In this document: positions 36,976 through 50,149 of the stretch, in pieces
Layout: every line of letters begins with the position of its first letter
How positions within the stretch are numbered: the first letter of the stretch is position 1
Translations under genes and position numbers: made by a program
Notes under the pieces: generated by a model
The model's database searches: none
Seen by the model: the letters and a program-made list of their open reading frames with translations, nothing else
Told to the model about the DNA's origin: nothing
From: Octopus sinensis
Lineage: Eukaryota
Assembly: GCF_006345805.1 (NCBI RefSeq)
Contig: NC_043015.1
Span: 40,362,001-40,426,000, forward strand
Direction of reading: 5' to 3'
Length of the DNA: 64,000 bases

Positions 36976-39900
36976 ACATCTATTTTATTGAAACTCTTAA
37001 AGCGGTGGTGTCAGTGACACCTTTTCGATTGATGGAAATACATTGAACAGTTATTAAGAGTTTTTATATCTGTTTATCATTTGTGATATAAATTTTTTTT
37101 TTTAAAGGATTAGTAAAACTTTCACTTTTCGTCTATGAAAAGACTTTCACATTTTGACCTGGAAAACCCCTGCTTTGCACGCAATATTTTTATGGGGTCA
37201 TTGGAGTGAAGAAGTGTCGAAAAGTTCGTTTGCTGCAAAAACTGAAATATCTGTAGGACAGTAAATCCTCAAGTTCATCCCAAAACAAAATCTCAAAGAA
37301 GTGTTGTGCTGAAGAAAAACAAAAAAACATGGAAACATTGGTGAAAACTCCAGTATTGGCATCCAGGTAATCTATACAGCTCTTTAGCAGAGAAAAATGT
37401 AATTATGGGAGTCGTCTTGATGCTGAACGAAGGAGATACGAGATTTGTGCTGAATATTTAGTATTGCAGCAATTCCTGTATTTAAACCCCCCTTGAAATC
37501 TATAACATGTGAAGAAACAGATAAGGGGACAAATCGAGGACAGAAGGGGCTATATTAATTGTGGGGGTACCTTTGTTTTAGTATTAAGTGGGACGTGGTG
37601 GCTAATTGAAAAGGGAGTAAGTTCCTGTGGGGAATGAATAATGTATCTTTAATTTTACAAATTCATTAATATGTGATTACATTAAGTAGCGTTAATTAAA
37701 ATGTCATAATGCTTTAATTAACGAGGTAGTAGTTGTATTAACCCTTAAGGTAATTTATCTGGATTTGCCAAGTTTGGTCTTAATGGATTCATTTTAAATT
37801 TCAGCATTGGCGACAATTCCTCCCTCTTTCTATTTACCATGTTTCACCAGCTAGAAATGGCAACTAAATTACCCTCAAATCTCGATTTATTGTCTTAAAA
37901 GTGAAAAAGGTGGATAATGTCGTCCTAGGTAAACGATGTCAGAGAAGGTAAAAAAAATACGCACACCTGATGGAAAACGGGTGGTGTGAGTATTCTTTAC
38001 CTCTGCCACCATGTCTACGAAAAAGACTGGATGGTCACCACTGGAATGTCTTTAACTCGGTGAGTGTAATAAGTTTTAAAAATTAGATGTACGTTAAGCC
38101 CCATAAGACTGAAATAGAGAATCAGAAGGTTGGATACTGGTTGCTACGTAGAAGCTAGTCTTCTGTTCCTATTTTGTGACCTGGTCCATCTTTTTTTGTC
38201 ATAGACCTTGTCTGATATTCTGGGGAATCAGTAGGATGGAGGGAGATGTTTCAATTTCTGTACGTTCCACCTTTGTCGTCTTTCTGACTCCTCCCAGCCC
38301 TTATTCTGGGGTCATTAATCCTTATTTTATACCAATGCTATGTTGGCATTCCTGCACACGTATGTCCCACCACCATCTGACTTCGTTTCTGCAGAACTTC
38401 CAGAAAAATGGATATTTTAAAATAAAAGTTTCAGAGAGTGTAGAATCCGACTCTATTTGGATTTGTTGTGAAAAATTTTGATGCCAGTGTAGTATGTGAT
38501 CTACAGCAACTTAAATCTTTATTAGCTTGTGATCTACATTCAAGATTTTGCTATAAACTTGCAATTATAATGAGAAGAATGAGTTAAGGAGTTCACGGCG
38601 TCAGAGAAATTCTATTACAGATTCTTCGTCTCGAATAACCTGTGTATAAAATTCTTTTGCTCTCATCACAACTTATTTTAATTTGCTCAGGACTAAAACT
38701 GTTTAAATAATAATATTTTTTCTTTTGGTTTATATACCAAACCAACCGGAAGTCGAGAAAATAGATGAATTTCAAATGTAAACCAAAATGTCGGCACCAT
38801 GAATTTTTTTTCTATGGGTGGGAAGAATTTCGGAAAATTCACACGAGTCGCGTTTTGTTTCCTCTTAACTTCGAGAGAAAGGGGTATTTTTTAACTCAAA
38901 TTTTCTACAAATACTTTTCAGAATGTGTAAATTATGATGATATCAAAATTTGATGGGGAAAAAATCGAGCACGAACTCGGTACATACTGACACACATCGC
39001 AATATTTTTCGAAATTTCAAGTTTCATTTTGTGGATATATGTGACGTGTATCAGTATTTATGGGTACGAGCTGACCAATTTTCCTTTCTTTGGTTCAATT
39101 CCGATATAACTGTAATCTACACACTCTGAAAGGTATTTATAGAACATTTCAATAAAAAAAACTGGCGAAGGTAAAGAATACGCACACCTGGGGGTGAGGT
39201 GTGGGGGGGTAGGATTAGGGTTTTGTTTCGCCGGAAACGGTTGGTGTGCGTATTCTTTACCTCCGCCAAAAAAAAAACTAGCCATTTTTTTTCTGTAAGT
39301 TAGTAAAGAAAGCCGTCTCCTGCAAACTTTTCGAAACTTCTCACCCGACCTTCGTGAAAATGTTTTCACTACATATTCTAATATAATCAGAATCTACATC
39401 ATCTGAAGCATATTTGTAGAAAATTTCGTTAAAAAATATCCATTTTCCTGGAAGTTCTGAGGCAACAAAGTCGTGGTGGTTGCTTGTCCAAAGTATCTCG
39501 CAATTGCATCAAATCCGGAACCTCGTGGTCGTGAAGTCAATATCTTTCCCACACAGGCACCCAAACACAATGCCAACAGCAACATTGGTCTCTACGATAT
39601 TTAGACGTATGGAATTACTGCTTGTATGAAGACAGCAGACCATATTATGGAATTGGTAAACTACAGACTTCAGGTAAGATAGCATGTGAATATTTTTCTA
39701 TAAATATTTAAAAAATTATAGCATTCGCACCTAGTTTTTTTTCATTTGCAAAATATGTATCAAATGTGTGTCCACCCCCCAGTTTAGTTTCCTCATAACT
39801 GTATGAAAAATGAATATTTTTTAATGAATTTTTCTACAAGGACGTTTCAGAGCGTGTAGAGTAACATTATACAGAAATTTTGGTGTGAAATGTTTTTGGG

Positions 39901-40568
39901 GGAGTGGGATAAGAGGAGTTTCCGATAATCCACACATCTCGACTTTGTCTAACTTGAGTTTTCAATTCACGAAAAAAAAAAAAAAAAAAAAAAAAATCAT
40001 CTAAAGTGGGGCAAAATAAGTAATTTCACCGATTTCTTTTACATGGCGCGAAAATTTATAGGGAAGAGAGCCACTCCAACAGATCGTGAAGGAGCTATAG
40101 AGAATATTTTGAGTTTCATATCGTGCCAATTTTTCCCCCTGGTCCTCTTTTAGGTGATCTAGATATTTAAAATTCTTTGTTGCATTTCTTCGGAAGAATT
40201 GAAGGGTCAAATTTGCCTCATCTTGGCTTACTCATTTTGCCCCAGCCAAATTTGTCTTTTACGTGCCCAAATGGAATGGCGATAGTTTTCTGAAATAGGA
40301 GAGTATTGTAGTTCGCTTGAAGCATTGTGTATTGTTTGTAAAGTATAAAATGTTTTGAATGACACAGCAATGCACTTATAATACAAACGATGGACTATAA
40401 GAACTGGCGTAATGTAATTTAATTATCCATAGTCTGATATAATAGTTCGGAATAAAATTCCTTCTCCAGATATCCCTGGGAGTTGATGGAGTCGCTGCTA
40501 TAATCGGTTTTCCATTGGCTTTTCTTTGTTTTTTCGGAAGCGCCTCAGCAGTGGTGGTCTCATGAATA

Positions 40569-40984
40569 CTCTCTTTCTCTTTACTCTTTTACTTGTTTCA
40601 GTCATTTGACTGCGGCCATGCTGGAGCACCGCCTTTAACCGAGCAACTCGACCCCAGGACTTATTCTTTTTGTAAGCCCAGTACTTATTCTATCGGTCTC
40701 TTTTGCCGAACCGCTAAGTAACGGGGACGTAAACACACCAGCATCGGTTGTCAAGCAATGCTAGGGGGACAAACACAGACACACGCATATATATATATAT
40801 ATATACATACACATATATACGACGGGCTTCTTTTCAGTTTCCGTCTACCAAATCCACTCACAAGGCTTTGGTCGGCCCGAGGCTATAGTAGAAGACACTT
40901 GCCCAAGGTGCCACGCAGTGGGACTGAACCCGGAACCATGTGGTTGGTAAACAAGCTACTTACCACACGGCCACTCCTGCACCT
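40569..40984 (-). mobile_element. SINE family A, full length, young
   Basis: Head reads agg(t/c)gcaggagtggc(c/t)gtgtggtaagtagc..ggttcagtccc on the minus strand (A and B boxes), with an internal (TA)n and a tail ending in aaagagtaaagag. Confidence 0.93.
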
Positions 40985-41065
40985 ATAGTGTTCTGAATAT
41001 GTTATTGGGGTTTTTTAAGGCATTTAGTGAAGGTCATTTGCTTAGCTGATGTAGTTTTTGTTAGA

Positions 41066-41337
41066 TACTCTTTTACTTGTCTCAGTAATTTGACTGCGGC
41101 CATGCTGGAGCACCACCTTTAGTCGAGCAAATCGACCCCAGGTCTTATTCTTTGTTTAAGCCTAGTACTTATTCTATCGGTCTCTTTTGCCGAACCGCTA
41201 AGTTATGGGGTCGTAAACACACCAGCATCGGTTGTCAAGCGATGTTGGGGGGGGGGTGGAACTGACACAAACACATACATACACACATACATATATACGG
41301 CGGACTTCTTTCAGTTTCCGTCTACCAAATCCACTCA
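41066..41337 (-). mobile_element. SINE family A, head missing (broken at a palindrome)
   Basis: Similarity to the consensus stops at aaatccactca, position 41337. Confidence 0.88.
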
Positions 41338-41707
41338 CTGTCTTCAATTCAGCTTAGAAGCTTCTAAGCTGAAGTGAAGACAGCATGTTCTTCGTCTATC
41401 TCCTTACCTTCTTGGAGATTTTAGGTAAAATTATACTAATGTGTCCATCTGTTCTAATTTAATTAAATTCTATGTCTTTGTGCAGCTGAGGATTGCTCTG
41501 CATTTAAATTGATGTAATGATTGCGTTCTTCAATTAAATGGAGTTGCTTGAAACAATCGTACTGCATTACCTCTGGATATCCTTGTAGCTTATTTTGATT
41601 TTAATCACCTTATTTTGAAAATTGTATGGATAATACCATACTAAATTCTGTTGCCTCAACTTAGGTACCATATTCATCTGAATCTAAATTTTTTCTATAT
41701 ATATATT

Positions 41708-41870
41708 GGCGCAGGAGTGGCTGTGTGGTAAGTAGCTTGCTTACCAACCACATGGTTCCGAGTTCAGTCCCACTGTGTGGCATCTTGGGCAATTGTCTTC
41801 TGCTATAGCCCTGGGCCAGCCAATGCCTTGTGAGTGGATTTGGTAGACGGAAACTGAAAGAAGCCTGTCG

Positions 41871-41909
<39 letters not shown>

Positions 41910-42120
41910 GTGTGTCTGTGTTTGTCCCCCTTGCATCATTTAACAACCGATGGTGGTGTGTTTACGTCCCCGTAACTTAGCGGTTCAGCAAAAGAGACTG
42001 ATAGGATAAGTACTGGGCTTACAAAGAATAAGTCCCGGGGTTGATTTGCTCAACTAAAGGCGGTGCTCCAGCATGGCCACAGTCAAATGACTGAAACAAG
42101 TAAAAGAATAAAAGAGAGAG
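41708..42120 (+). mobile_element. SINE family A, full length
   Basis: ggcgcaggagtggctgtgtggtaagtagc...gagttcagtccc. Confidence 0.93.
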
Positions 42121-42323
42121 TAGGTGAAGACAAGTGGGGCTGGTGCAAAATCACCCAACTCTGAGGGGTGAGGGTCATTATAATAGAGATGAAACGATAA
42201 AAAAAACCAAAAAAAAAACAGAGGAGACGGTACATCTGAATGCCTGTTCAAGATGGAGTGCCATCAGTGGAGTGGCCCTTCTCTGGACATGGTCCTGGAT
42301 GTCAGTGTGTGTGGCTGCAGCCA

Positions 42324-42545
42324 AGGCGGCGTGCTGAGCACGCCGGGCGAAATGCTTAGTGGTATTTCATCTGCCGTTACGTTCTGAGTTCAAATTCTGC
42401 CGAGGTCGACTTTGCCTTTCATCCTTTCGGGGTCGATTAAATAAGTACCAGTTAGGCACCGGGATCAATATAATCAACTTAACCCCTTTGTCTGTCCCTG
42501 TTTGTCCCCTCTATGTTTAGCCCCTTGTGGCCAATAAAGAAATAA
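42324..42545 (+). mobile_element. SINE family C
   Basis: aggcggc...gggcgaaatgcttag...gagttcaaattctgccgaggtcgactttgcctttcatcctttcggggtcg. Confidence 0.88.
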
Positions 42546-43109
42546 ATGTGTGGCTGTAGCTCTGACCCACAACTGGAGACAGTATTCCATTGTGGCTCTC
42601 AATTGAACCTTGTACCTCGTCAACAACAGTTGGCTGTGTGAGTGATTATGCTTGCATACATTTTATATATGAGAATATATTATGAATTTGAAATATGACC
42701 GTTTCCTCACACATTTATTCATAAGCTAACGAGCAAATATATTCATGTATGTATGTTGCGTGCGTAGACATCTACTTGTTTGTACTGTTATGTTACAGTA
42801 TATATTGTTCAGATGTAAATGTGTCTGTGTGTCTACGTAAGCAGGGTTTTATATTCTCATACATCAATTAGTGAAATGGGTTTCAAAAATCTCTACATGT
42901 GGTAGCAAATGGTTTTGTCAAATGAATTCCCTCAGACCTAAAATGTTCAATATTTCTGTAATATATATATGTGTGTGTGTTTTTGTGTACACACATCTAA
43001 ATGTTTTTAAGTCTGTTTAATTCAAGTTCTTTGCTATGAAGCTGTAGGCTCTCATAGAATTTGCGTTGCTCTCACAAGTTCTCAGCTATCAAATAATAAT
43101 AATAATAAT

Positions 43110-43515
43110 AAGGCACATGGGGTGAAATTTCAGTGGAGGGAGGGGTCTAGTCGATTTCATTGCCCCCCCCCCCCCAGAAGGACGAAAGGCAAAGTTGACC
43201 TTACAATGTAAAGATGGATGAAATATGGCTCAGCATTTTATCTGGAATGATAATGATTCTGCCAGCTCACTACCTTTGGAGTAGTAGCAGTAGTAGTAGT
43301 AATAATCCTTTCTGCTAAAAGCACAAGGCCTGTAATTTGGAGGGAGGGGTTAAGTTGATTACATCGACCCCAGTATGCAACTGGTACTTAATTTATCGAC
43401 CCTGTGAGGATGAAACGCAAAATCGACCTCGGTGGAATTTGAACTCAAAACATAGCGATAGGCAAAATACTGCTAAGTTTTTTGCTGTCTACTAAAATTC
43501 TGCCAGTTTGGTGTC
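43110..43515 (-). mobile_element. Two SINE family C copies
   Basis: Matches the family consensus on the minus strand. Confidence 0.75.
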
Positions 43516-43527
43516 TTAATGATGATG

Positions 43528-43592
<65 letters not shown>

Positions 43593-43600
43593 CATACATA

Positions 43601-44024
43601 CAGGGTGTGGTGAGTATATTGTCGTCTAAATTATGCTGAAATGAAATGAACACTGGCATCTCATTTTAGCCGATATATTTCCAAAAATTACATAAAAATA
43701 TCTTAAAATACTAAAGAGTAAATTTATTCAATAAAGTTGCCATTGGCTTCAACTATGGCTCCCAGACAACTTCGGAATCTTCTGCAACTCTTCTGGATGG
43801 TCACCTTGTTTAAGTTGGTGAATGCTGCCATAATCCTTGCCTTCAGTTCATCTTTGGTGTTACAAGGAATTTTTGTTAGTCTCTTGTTCAACTGCATTCC
43901 ACACATGATAATCAAGGGAGTTGCAGCCTGGGGAGTTATGTGGCCAGACATAAGGGGTGATGTGGTTGCAGAAATTGTCTGACAGCCATGGCTGGGCTCT
44001 CCTGCTTGGTGCAGAGTCCTGTTG
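43601..44024 (-). mobile_element. Tc1/mariner (maT-like) transposon 3' remnant, transposase pseudogene
   Basis: QQDSAP...WPHNSPGCNSLDYHVW and, after a frameshift, PCNTKDELKARIMAAF...CRRFRSCLGAIVEANGNFIE*; TA-cagggtg terminus. Confidence 0.85.
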
Positions 44025-44049
44025 TGTATATATACACAAACACACACAC

Positions 44050-44215
44050 ATTGTGGGCTTCTTTCAGTTTCCGTCTATCAAATCCACTTACAAGGCTTTG
44101 AGTAGAAGCCCAAGGCTATAGTAGGAGACACTTGTGAAAGGTGCCACACAGTGGGACTGGACCTGGAACCATGTGGCTGGGAAAATAAGTTGCTTACCAT
44201 AAACCCACGCCTGCA
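44050..44215 (-). mobile_element. SINE family A, 5' half
   Basis: gggcttctttcagtttccgtcta..aaatccac...gggactgga..ggaaccatgtgg. Confidence 0.8.
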
Positions 44216-44479
44216 TACACACACGTGTGTGTGTGTATTGCTCTGCTTTCTGTTTCACTTGTATTTCTCCTGTTTGTTGAAGTCCCATAGAAACATTTCT
44301 ACATCCGACAAAAATGATCAAAACTAAATTTAAAATTATTCTATGACAATTTCCATAGTTTATGCATTTGTTTTGTTATTCTACCAATAAATCTTGGCTA
44401 TATTTCCTCTTCTCAATTTATTATGGAATTTGTATAAAATGGTAGTGCTGTCAATTGAGACTCTTCTATTCAATTTTCC

Positions 44480-44780
44480 GTGCTGGTGGCACATAAAAAG
44501 CGCCAGATAAACATGGCCGATGCCAGTATCCCTTGACTGGTGGCACGTAAAAAGCACCAACTGAACATGGCTGATGCCTGTACCTCCTGACTGGCCCCCG
44601 TCATGATAGATGCCAGTGGTAAGTAAAAAGCACCCACTACACTCTCGAAGTAGTTAGCTTTAGGAAGGGCATCCTGCTGTAGATTGGAGCCAGGTGCAGC
44701 CCCTGGTTCTCCAGACCTCAGTCAAACCATCCAACCCATGCCAGCATGGAAATCAGATGTTAAACGATGATTATGATGAG
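44480..44780 (+). mobile_element. Retroposon family B
   Basis: Head subrepeats gtggcac(a/g)taaaaagc, aggaagggcatcc core and gatgat tail. Confidence 0.82.
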
Positions 44781-44854
44781 TGACTTATATACTGCAGTCA
44801 CTCGTTGTTGAAAATTATACACATTATTATTATTATTATTATTAATTAATTAAT

Positions 44855-45585
44855 ATGGCCAACTGGCAGAATCGTTAGCATGCCAGGTGAAATGCTTCCC
44901 AGTATTCTGTTCTTCACACACTGAGTTCAAATACCACCAGGGTTGACTTTTGCCTTTCATCCTTTCGGGGGTTGATGAAATGAGTACCAGTTATGCACTG
45001 GAGTCAATGTAATTGACTTAATCCCTCCCCACAAAATTTTAGGCCTTGTGCCTACAGCAGAAAGGATTATTATTATTATTATTAAGGCTGTGAGCTGGCA
45101 GAATCTTTAGTACGCTGGGCAAAATGCTTAGCAGATATTTTGTCTATCTTTATGTTCTCTGTTCAAATGCTACCAAGGTTGACTTATCCCCTCCCCTGAA
45201 TTTGCTGGTCTTGTGCCAAAATTTGAAATTATTATGGCAAGCTGGCAGAATTGTTAGCACACTAGACAAGATGCTTAGCAGTATTTTGTCCAACTTTGTG
45301 TTCTGGGTTCAAATTCTGCCGAGGTCGACTTTGACTTTCATTCTTTCAGCATCGATAAATTAAGTACCAGTTGAACACCGGGGTCGATGTAATCGATTAG
45401 TCCCCCTCCCCTCAATGTTCAGGTCTTATGCCTTTTGTAGAAAGGCTTATTATTATAAATTCCGCCGAGGTCAACTTTGCCTTTCATCGTTTCGGGGTTG
45501 ATTAACTAAGCACCAGTTACACACTGGGGTCAATGTTAATCCTTTCCCCAAAATTTAAGGCTTTGTGCTTTCAGTAGAAAGGTTT
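44855..45585 (+). mobile_element. Tandem cluster of about 4 SINE family C copies
   Basis: Repeated ctggcagaatcgttagca and gaggtcgactttg..tttcat segments separated by (TTA)n. Confidence 0.85.
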
Positions 45586-45601
45586 ATCATCATCATCATC
45601 A

Positions 45602-45632
<31 letters not shown>

Positions 45633-46189
45633 ACAGTGATGTCTTCAGACTCCAATGTCCTAATTTTGATTGCTATAGTCATGGCATTATGGCCCCTGTA
45701 TCTTCTGGCCTTTAGAGACTGTTCTCATCCTTTGTACCTACCTGGAATATTCTGCTACTTGTGATGTCACTTACTCAACTTGAACCAATATATATATGTG
45801 TGTGTGTGTGTATATATATATATACACCTTGCTACCTGTATAAAAAGAGAATAGTATATGATTTGTCCACATTCAATACTGCCCCACCGACATGTCTGCC
45901 AGCCATCATTCTGTCTTACTGTTGCCTATAATTATTGCTCTCTTTCATTCTCTTCCTCTCACTTTCTGTTGTTCACTCTCTCACTTGTATTAGTCCCTCA
46001 CCCATCAGCCTGTCCTCCAATTACAACAATCTTTTTCTCAACCACCACCAAGTAGCGACCTATCACTGTTTCTCTCCCATTCCTCCCTCTGGCTGAGTTT
46101 CTCCAGGAATTTATGGACTCAGTTGCATTTTTCTTGACTGTATGGAGACAATATAAAGAGGACTCATTAGTTTTGCACGATACTGAATA

Positions 46190-46400
46190 ACCTCACTGGT
46201 GCCGTGATAAAATGCATTATCTACTATGAAATTCCTGCATACCAACCAGGGCCGTTTTCGTGAAAGGTGTAGAGTCCTGTTTGTTTTCCTGCTTGCAAGA
46301 ACTTTGGTCTTTGCTATGCAAACTTTGAGGCCCTTAATTCCACGGTTTGCTTTCATACCTGGAATTTCTCTTGTAATTCTATTACAGATTCTGCTCTGAG
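46190..46400 (-). mobile_element. RTE-like LINE remnant (post-RT region)
   Basis: KGLKVCIAKTKVLASRK...RPWLVCR resembles the RTE KGLKVNxxKTKV..WPCSVCR motif. Confidence 0.65.
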
Positions 46401-46909
46401 AACAAGATCATCTGTATCCCAGGGGAAATCAGTCTTAAAACCCTCTTTTATGATCTGGAGGACTATGATGAATTGGAGGGGACTGAGAACCAAACCCTAG
46501 TGAGTTCATGCCTGTACACTAAATCTGTTGCTGACTCTCATCTTACTAATAGTACCCTTGTACTAGCCGTTCATCTATAGCCAACTTCCCTAGAGACCAT
46601 CAGACCCAGATTCATAAATACCAAACGAATGGTTTACTTTTTAGCTAAATATTTCTCCAGCAGTTTGTCATACTGTCAGTTGTTATTGTTATTTCTGGCA
46701 CAAAACCAAACGGCATCTGAATTATCTTAATTAATTGAGTGACATGGTTTTCCGCAACTGTCATGACTCGGTCCAACAATTTGATAACTCAGTAATTACT
46801 TTTCTCCAAAGCATCTCCTTTCCCTTTGTAACAACAGTTGACTATAAAATGCTACTACACCAGTCATTGGGCACAACTCCTTCTTGTGACTAGACTGTAT
46901 TCTATTCTT

Positions 46910-47004
46910 TACATGATTTACATTTGATGGATATTTGTCCTCATCAAAAAAGATGACAAATATCCATCAAATGTAAATAATGTACATAATTCCTCATCTC
47001 TTAA
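46910..47004. mobile_element. Internally deleted copy of fold-back element H (termini only)
   Basis: tacatgatttacatttgatggatatttgtcctcatc / gatgacaaatatccatcaaatgtaaataatgtacataattcctcatctcttaa. Confidence 0.8.
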
Positions 47005-47219
47005 CCCTTTCGTGTTCGCATTATTCTGCCAAAATTAATGCTTCTTCATCCACATTGTTTTGAACTAATCATGCCTTATCTTGTAGTTATGAGATTTTGA
47101 TGAGGTAGCTGTTAATTTTAAAAACGATATTGTAGGGTAGGTGTGAGAGACCAGATCTGACCAGTTTGACCATAAAACAGGCAGAATACTTATGGCCGGT
47201 TTAAATGCTAAAGGCTTAA
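47001..47219. mobile_element. TTAA-flanked MITE family D inserted into the end of element H
   Basis: TTAA at 47001 and 47216; the element H terminus resumes after it (atgtagaactgta). A related copy lies at 57483-57706. Confidence 0.75.
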
Positions 47220-47458
47220 ATGTAGAACTGTATTATCTCATCGGTCCAGAGCTGACATTAGATTTCAATGGAGACGTATACTGAAACATCATCAAAAACT
47301 AGCTCGTCTTTCAGACCATCAAACTTTCCTGTGTAGATGCAGAGACTCAAAGCTAATACCACCTGGCTTGAATATAATGACCCCAGTGAATTCACATAAA
47401 ACTAAAAGAGTAGCAGAAAGGGCAGGACATGCTCTCGTCCATGAGAGGATCCGTTACA

Positions 47459-47535
47459 ACACAAGATGAGGACAAATATCCGTCAAATGTAAACAATGTA
47501 CATAATTCCTCATCTCTTAAATATAGAACTGTATA
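47459..47535 (+). mobile_element. Isolated right terminus of element H
   Basis: caagatgaggacaaatatccgtcaaatgtaaacaatgtacataattcctcatctcttaaatatagaactgtat. Confidence 0.8.
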
Positions 47536-47537
47536 TT

Positions 47538-48200
47538 CTATTCTGTCAAATATTTTAAAGCAACTTGGATAATTTCTGATAAACCAAGAGCTTTCTCTAC
47601 TGTCATATCCTTAATTGCTTTATTTATCATATTGCTGTCAGCTAGGGTAGCTGGCCCTTCTCTTGCGTCCAAGTTGGGAAGACCCTCTTTCTCCCATGCA
47701 CTCTCAATAACCGCAAGTGTACCCTCATCCATCTATACAGACTTCTCATTCACAACATCTTGAGTTTCTGGTTTGGTCTTGTATCCTGGAGCATTTCCTG
47801 CCTCTCATCCTCATCTTCTACAACATTGGTAAGCCTCTTCCTTTTTTTTCTTTTGGCAATGTTTAACCCATTACAGTTCCACCACTATGTAAACCTTTGA
47901 CTTGGCTGGAACTTTACACCAACCCCATATTTGGTTCTTTGCTCTCAACAGGTTGCCCCAAAGGGAACTTCCATTTGTCCACAATGTTATATGTCTCTAT
48001 CTCATCAAATGCTTCAACTAGTACTTCTCTAAATTTCTGACTATTCCCTGAGCCTTTAAGCTCCCATATCATTCCTTTCCGAACTGCTTTATGTCTCCGA
48101 GTCCTTCTAGTTTCAAGTCAGAAGCCAGGAGCTGAGTTGTACATTCCCCACTTGGGAATGACTTCGCATTCACAAGAATCGGTCTGTCCTATTTCCTGGT
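47538..48200 (-). mobile_element. RTE-like LINE remnant (endonuclease-RT linker)
   Basis: ESAWEKEGLPNLDAREGPA..DSNMINKAIKDM..EKALGLSEI resembles the RTE linker ending in GKAPGPSGI; decayed. Confidence 0.7.
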
Positions 48201-48510
48201 GAGGCTGCAGTCAATCGGCAATCAGCCAGATTGATGAGTGATCAAGTGGCAGGTTGGTCACTCAAAAGTTAAGTGTTGCACATCATGCCATTTGCACCAC
48301 AGAACTTTGACCAAAACTACAACCTGCGTGTATACCACAGATTCGTGAACTCTCCCTATATATGCCGATGACCGCTCGGTTCAAAGTCTCTCTTTACCAG
48401 AAATGGCCTGAACTCTTTGCATGACCACCTTCCCTGTACATAACTCCATGTCCCCCTACATGGCCTTGCTTTTTGCCTTTTGAGCCCCAAAATTAACTTA
48501 ACTATATATA

Positions 48511-48912
48511 CTCTTTACTCTTTTACTTGTTTCAGTCATTTGACTGCGGCCATGCTGGAGCACCACCTTTAGTCGAGCAAATCGACCCCGGGACTTATTC
48601 TTTGTAAGCCCAGTACTTATTCTATCGGTCTCTTTTTGCCGAACCGCTAAGTGACAGGGACATAAACATACCAGCATCGGTTGTCAAGCAATGCTAGGGG
48701 GGACAAACACTCACACACATACACATATATATATATATACATATATACGACAGGCTTCTTTCAGTTTCCGTCTACCAAATCCACTCACAAGGCATTGGTC
48801 GGCCCGGGGCTATAGCAGAAGACACTTGCCCAAGATGCCACGCAGTGGGACTGAACCTGGAACCATGTGGTTGGTTAGCAAGCTACTTACCACACAGCCA
48901 CTCCTGCGCCTA
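48511..48912 (-). mobile_element. SINE family A, full length
   Basis: Matches the family consensus. Confidence 0.93.
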
Positions 48913-49589
48913 TATATATAAAATATCATATCATCATTTAGTGGCACATAGATGTTTAGAGGCTGGGTTGGCTATGTGTAGGTTCAAATTATCCTAACAG
49001 TGTTGAGTTTTTTTTTTCCGAATGATATTAATGTCTTTAGATTAAGAATGTTTGGTTTGCTGAAGAGGATTGCTCTCTTCTCTTCAATGAAAAGAGAATA
49101 GAATTTCGAGATAGGTTGTTCGACCTTCTGTTAATGATTGCAAATGTGTGCATATATTGGCAGAGGCAACTGTTTGAATTCTTTCTAACATTACCTCAGT
49201 GAATTATCTATTAGAAGAGCATGTGTTGATATTGGCAAAAGATATTCAGTTTTTGTAGAGGTATTTTTTGTAGATGGGACATTTAAGAGGGATTCCTGAA
49301 GTTAGGGGGTTTATGTAGTGTGGGGAAGATTGTTATAAGATAGACACTGGGTGAGATTAAAGGTTGTGGAGTTGGAGATCTTGACAGAAATGTTTCTAGA
49401 CTGCTTGAGTATTAGGTGTGGTGAGATGTAAACTATATGGTGGATTATACCAGGTTTACACACACATTCTCATTCCCTTCAATATAATATACAGAGAGAG
49501 GCACACCACTGAACCTTCCATTTCCAAGCAATCTTTACAGACCTATTGAGTTTTCTATTTCTTGGATGTAGTTGGATGAAATACCCATG

Positions 49590-49810
49590 GCTATATTTCT
49601 TTACTACCCGCAAGGAGCTAAACACAGAGTGGACAGACAAACGGATTAAGTCGATTATATCAACCCCAGTGCGTAACTGGTACTTATTTAATCGACCCTG
49701 AAAAGCAAAGTCGGCCTTGGTGGAATTTGAACTCAGAACGTAATGGCAGGCAAAATACCACTAAGCATTTCGCCCAGCGTGCTAACGTTTCTGCCAGCTC
49801 GCTGCCTTCA
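49590..49810 (-). mobile_element. SINE family C
   Basis: Matches the family consensus. Confidence 0.85.
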
Positions 49811-50149
49811 TACACATGGATATATGACTAAGTTCACATCCCAAACATGTGTTTTCTACTATTCCTCTGAGTTGACAAAAACCTTAAGAATGGAATTTGT
49901 AGATGAAAACTGAAGAAAGCCTATACACCTATCCGTGTGTGTGTCTTGACATTGTGTGGTAGTTGCAAACGAATGTTACCATCATACAAATGGTATCCTT
50001 CATTTCTCATCTTCACTGAAAACATGTCTGACCTTGGTCGCTTATGGGCGAAGAACATCTGGCCATAGAAAAATCTGCCTCATTGAATTCCATCTGACTC
50101 ATGCAAGCATGGAAAAGTGGAGGTTAAACTGATGATAGTAACATATAGA

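Noticed and set aside
41384-41700. AT-rich segment sharing gaggattgctct with 49000-49500, possibly decayed retroelement coding sequence
   Set aside because: Multiple stops and no diagnostic motif, so the family cannot be assigned.
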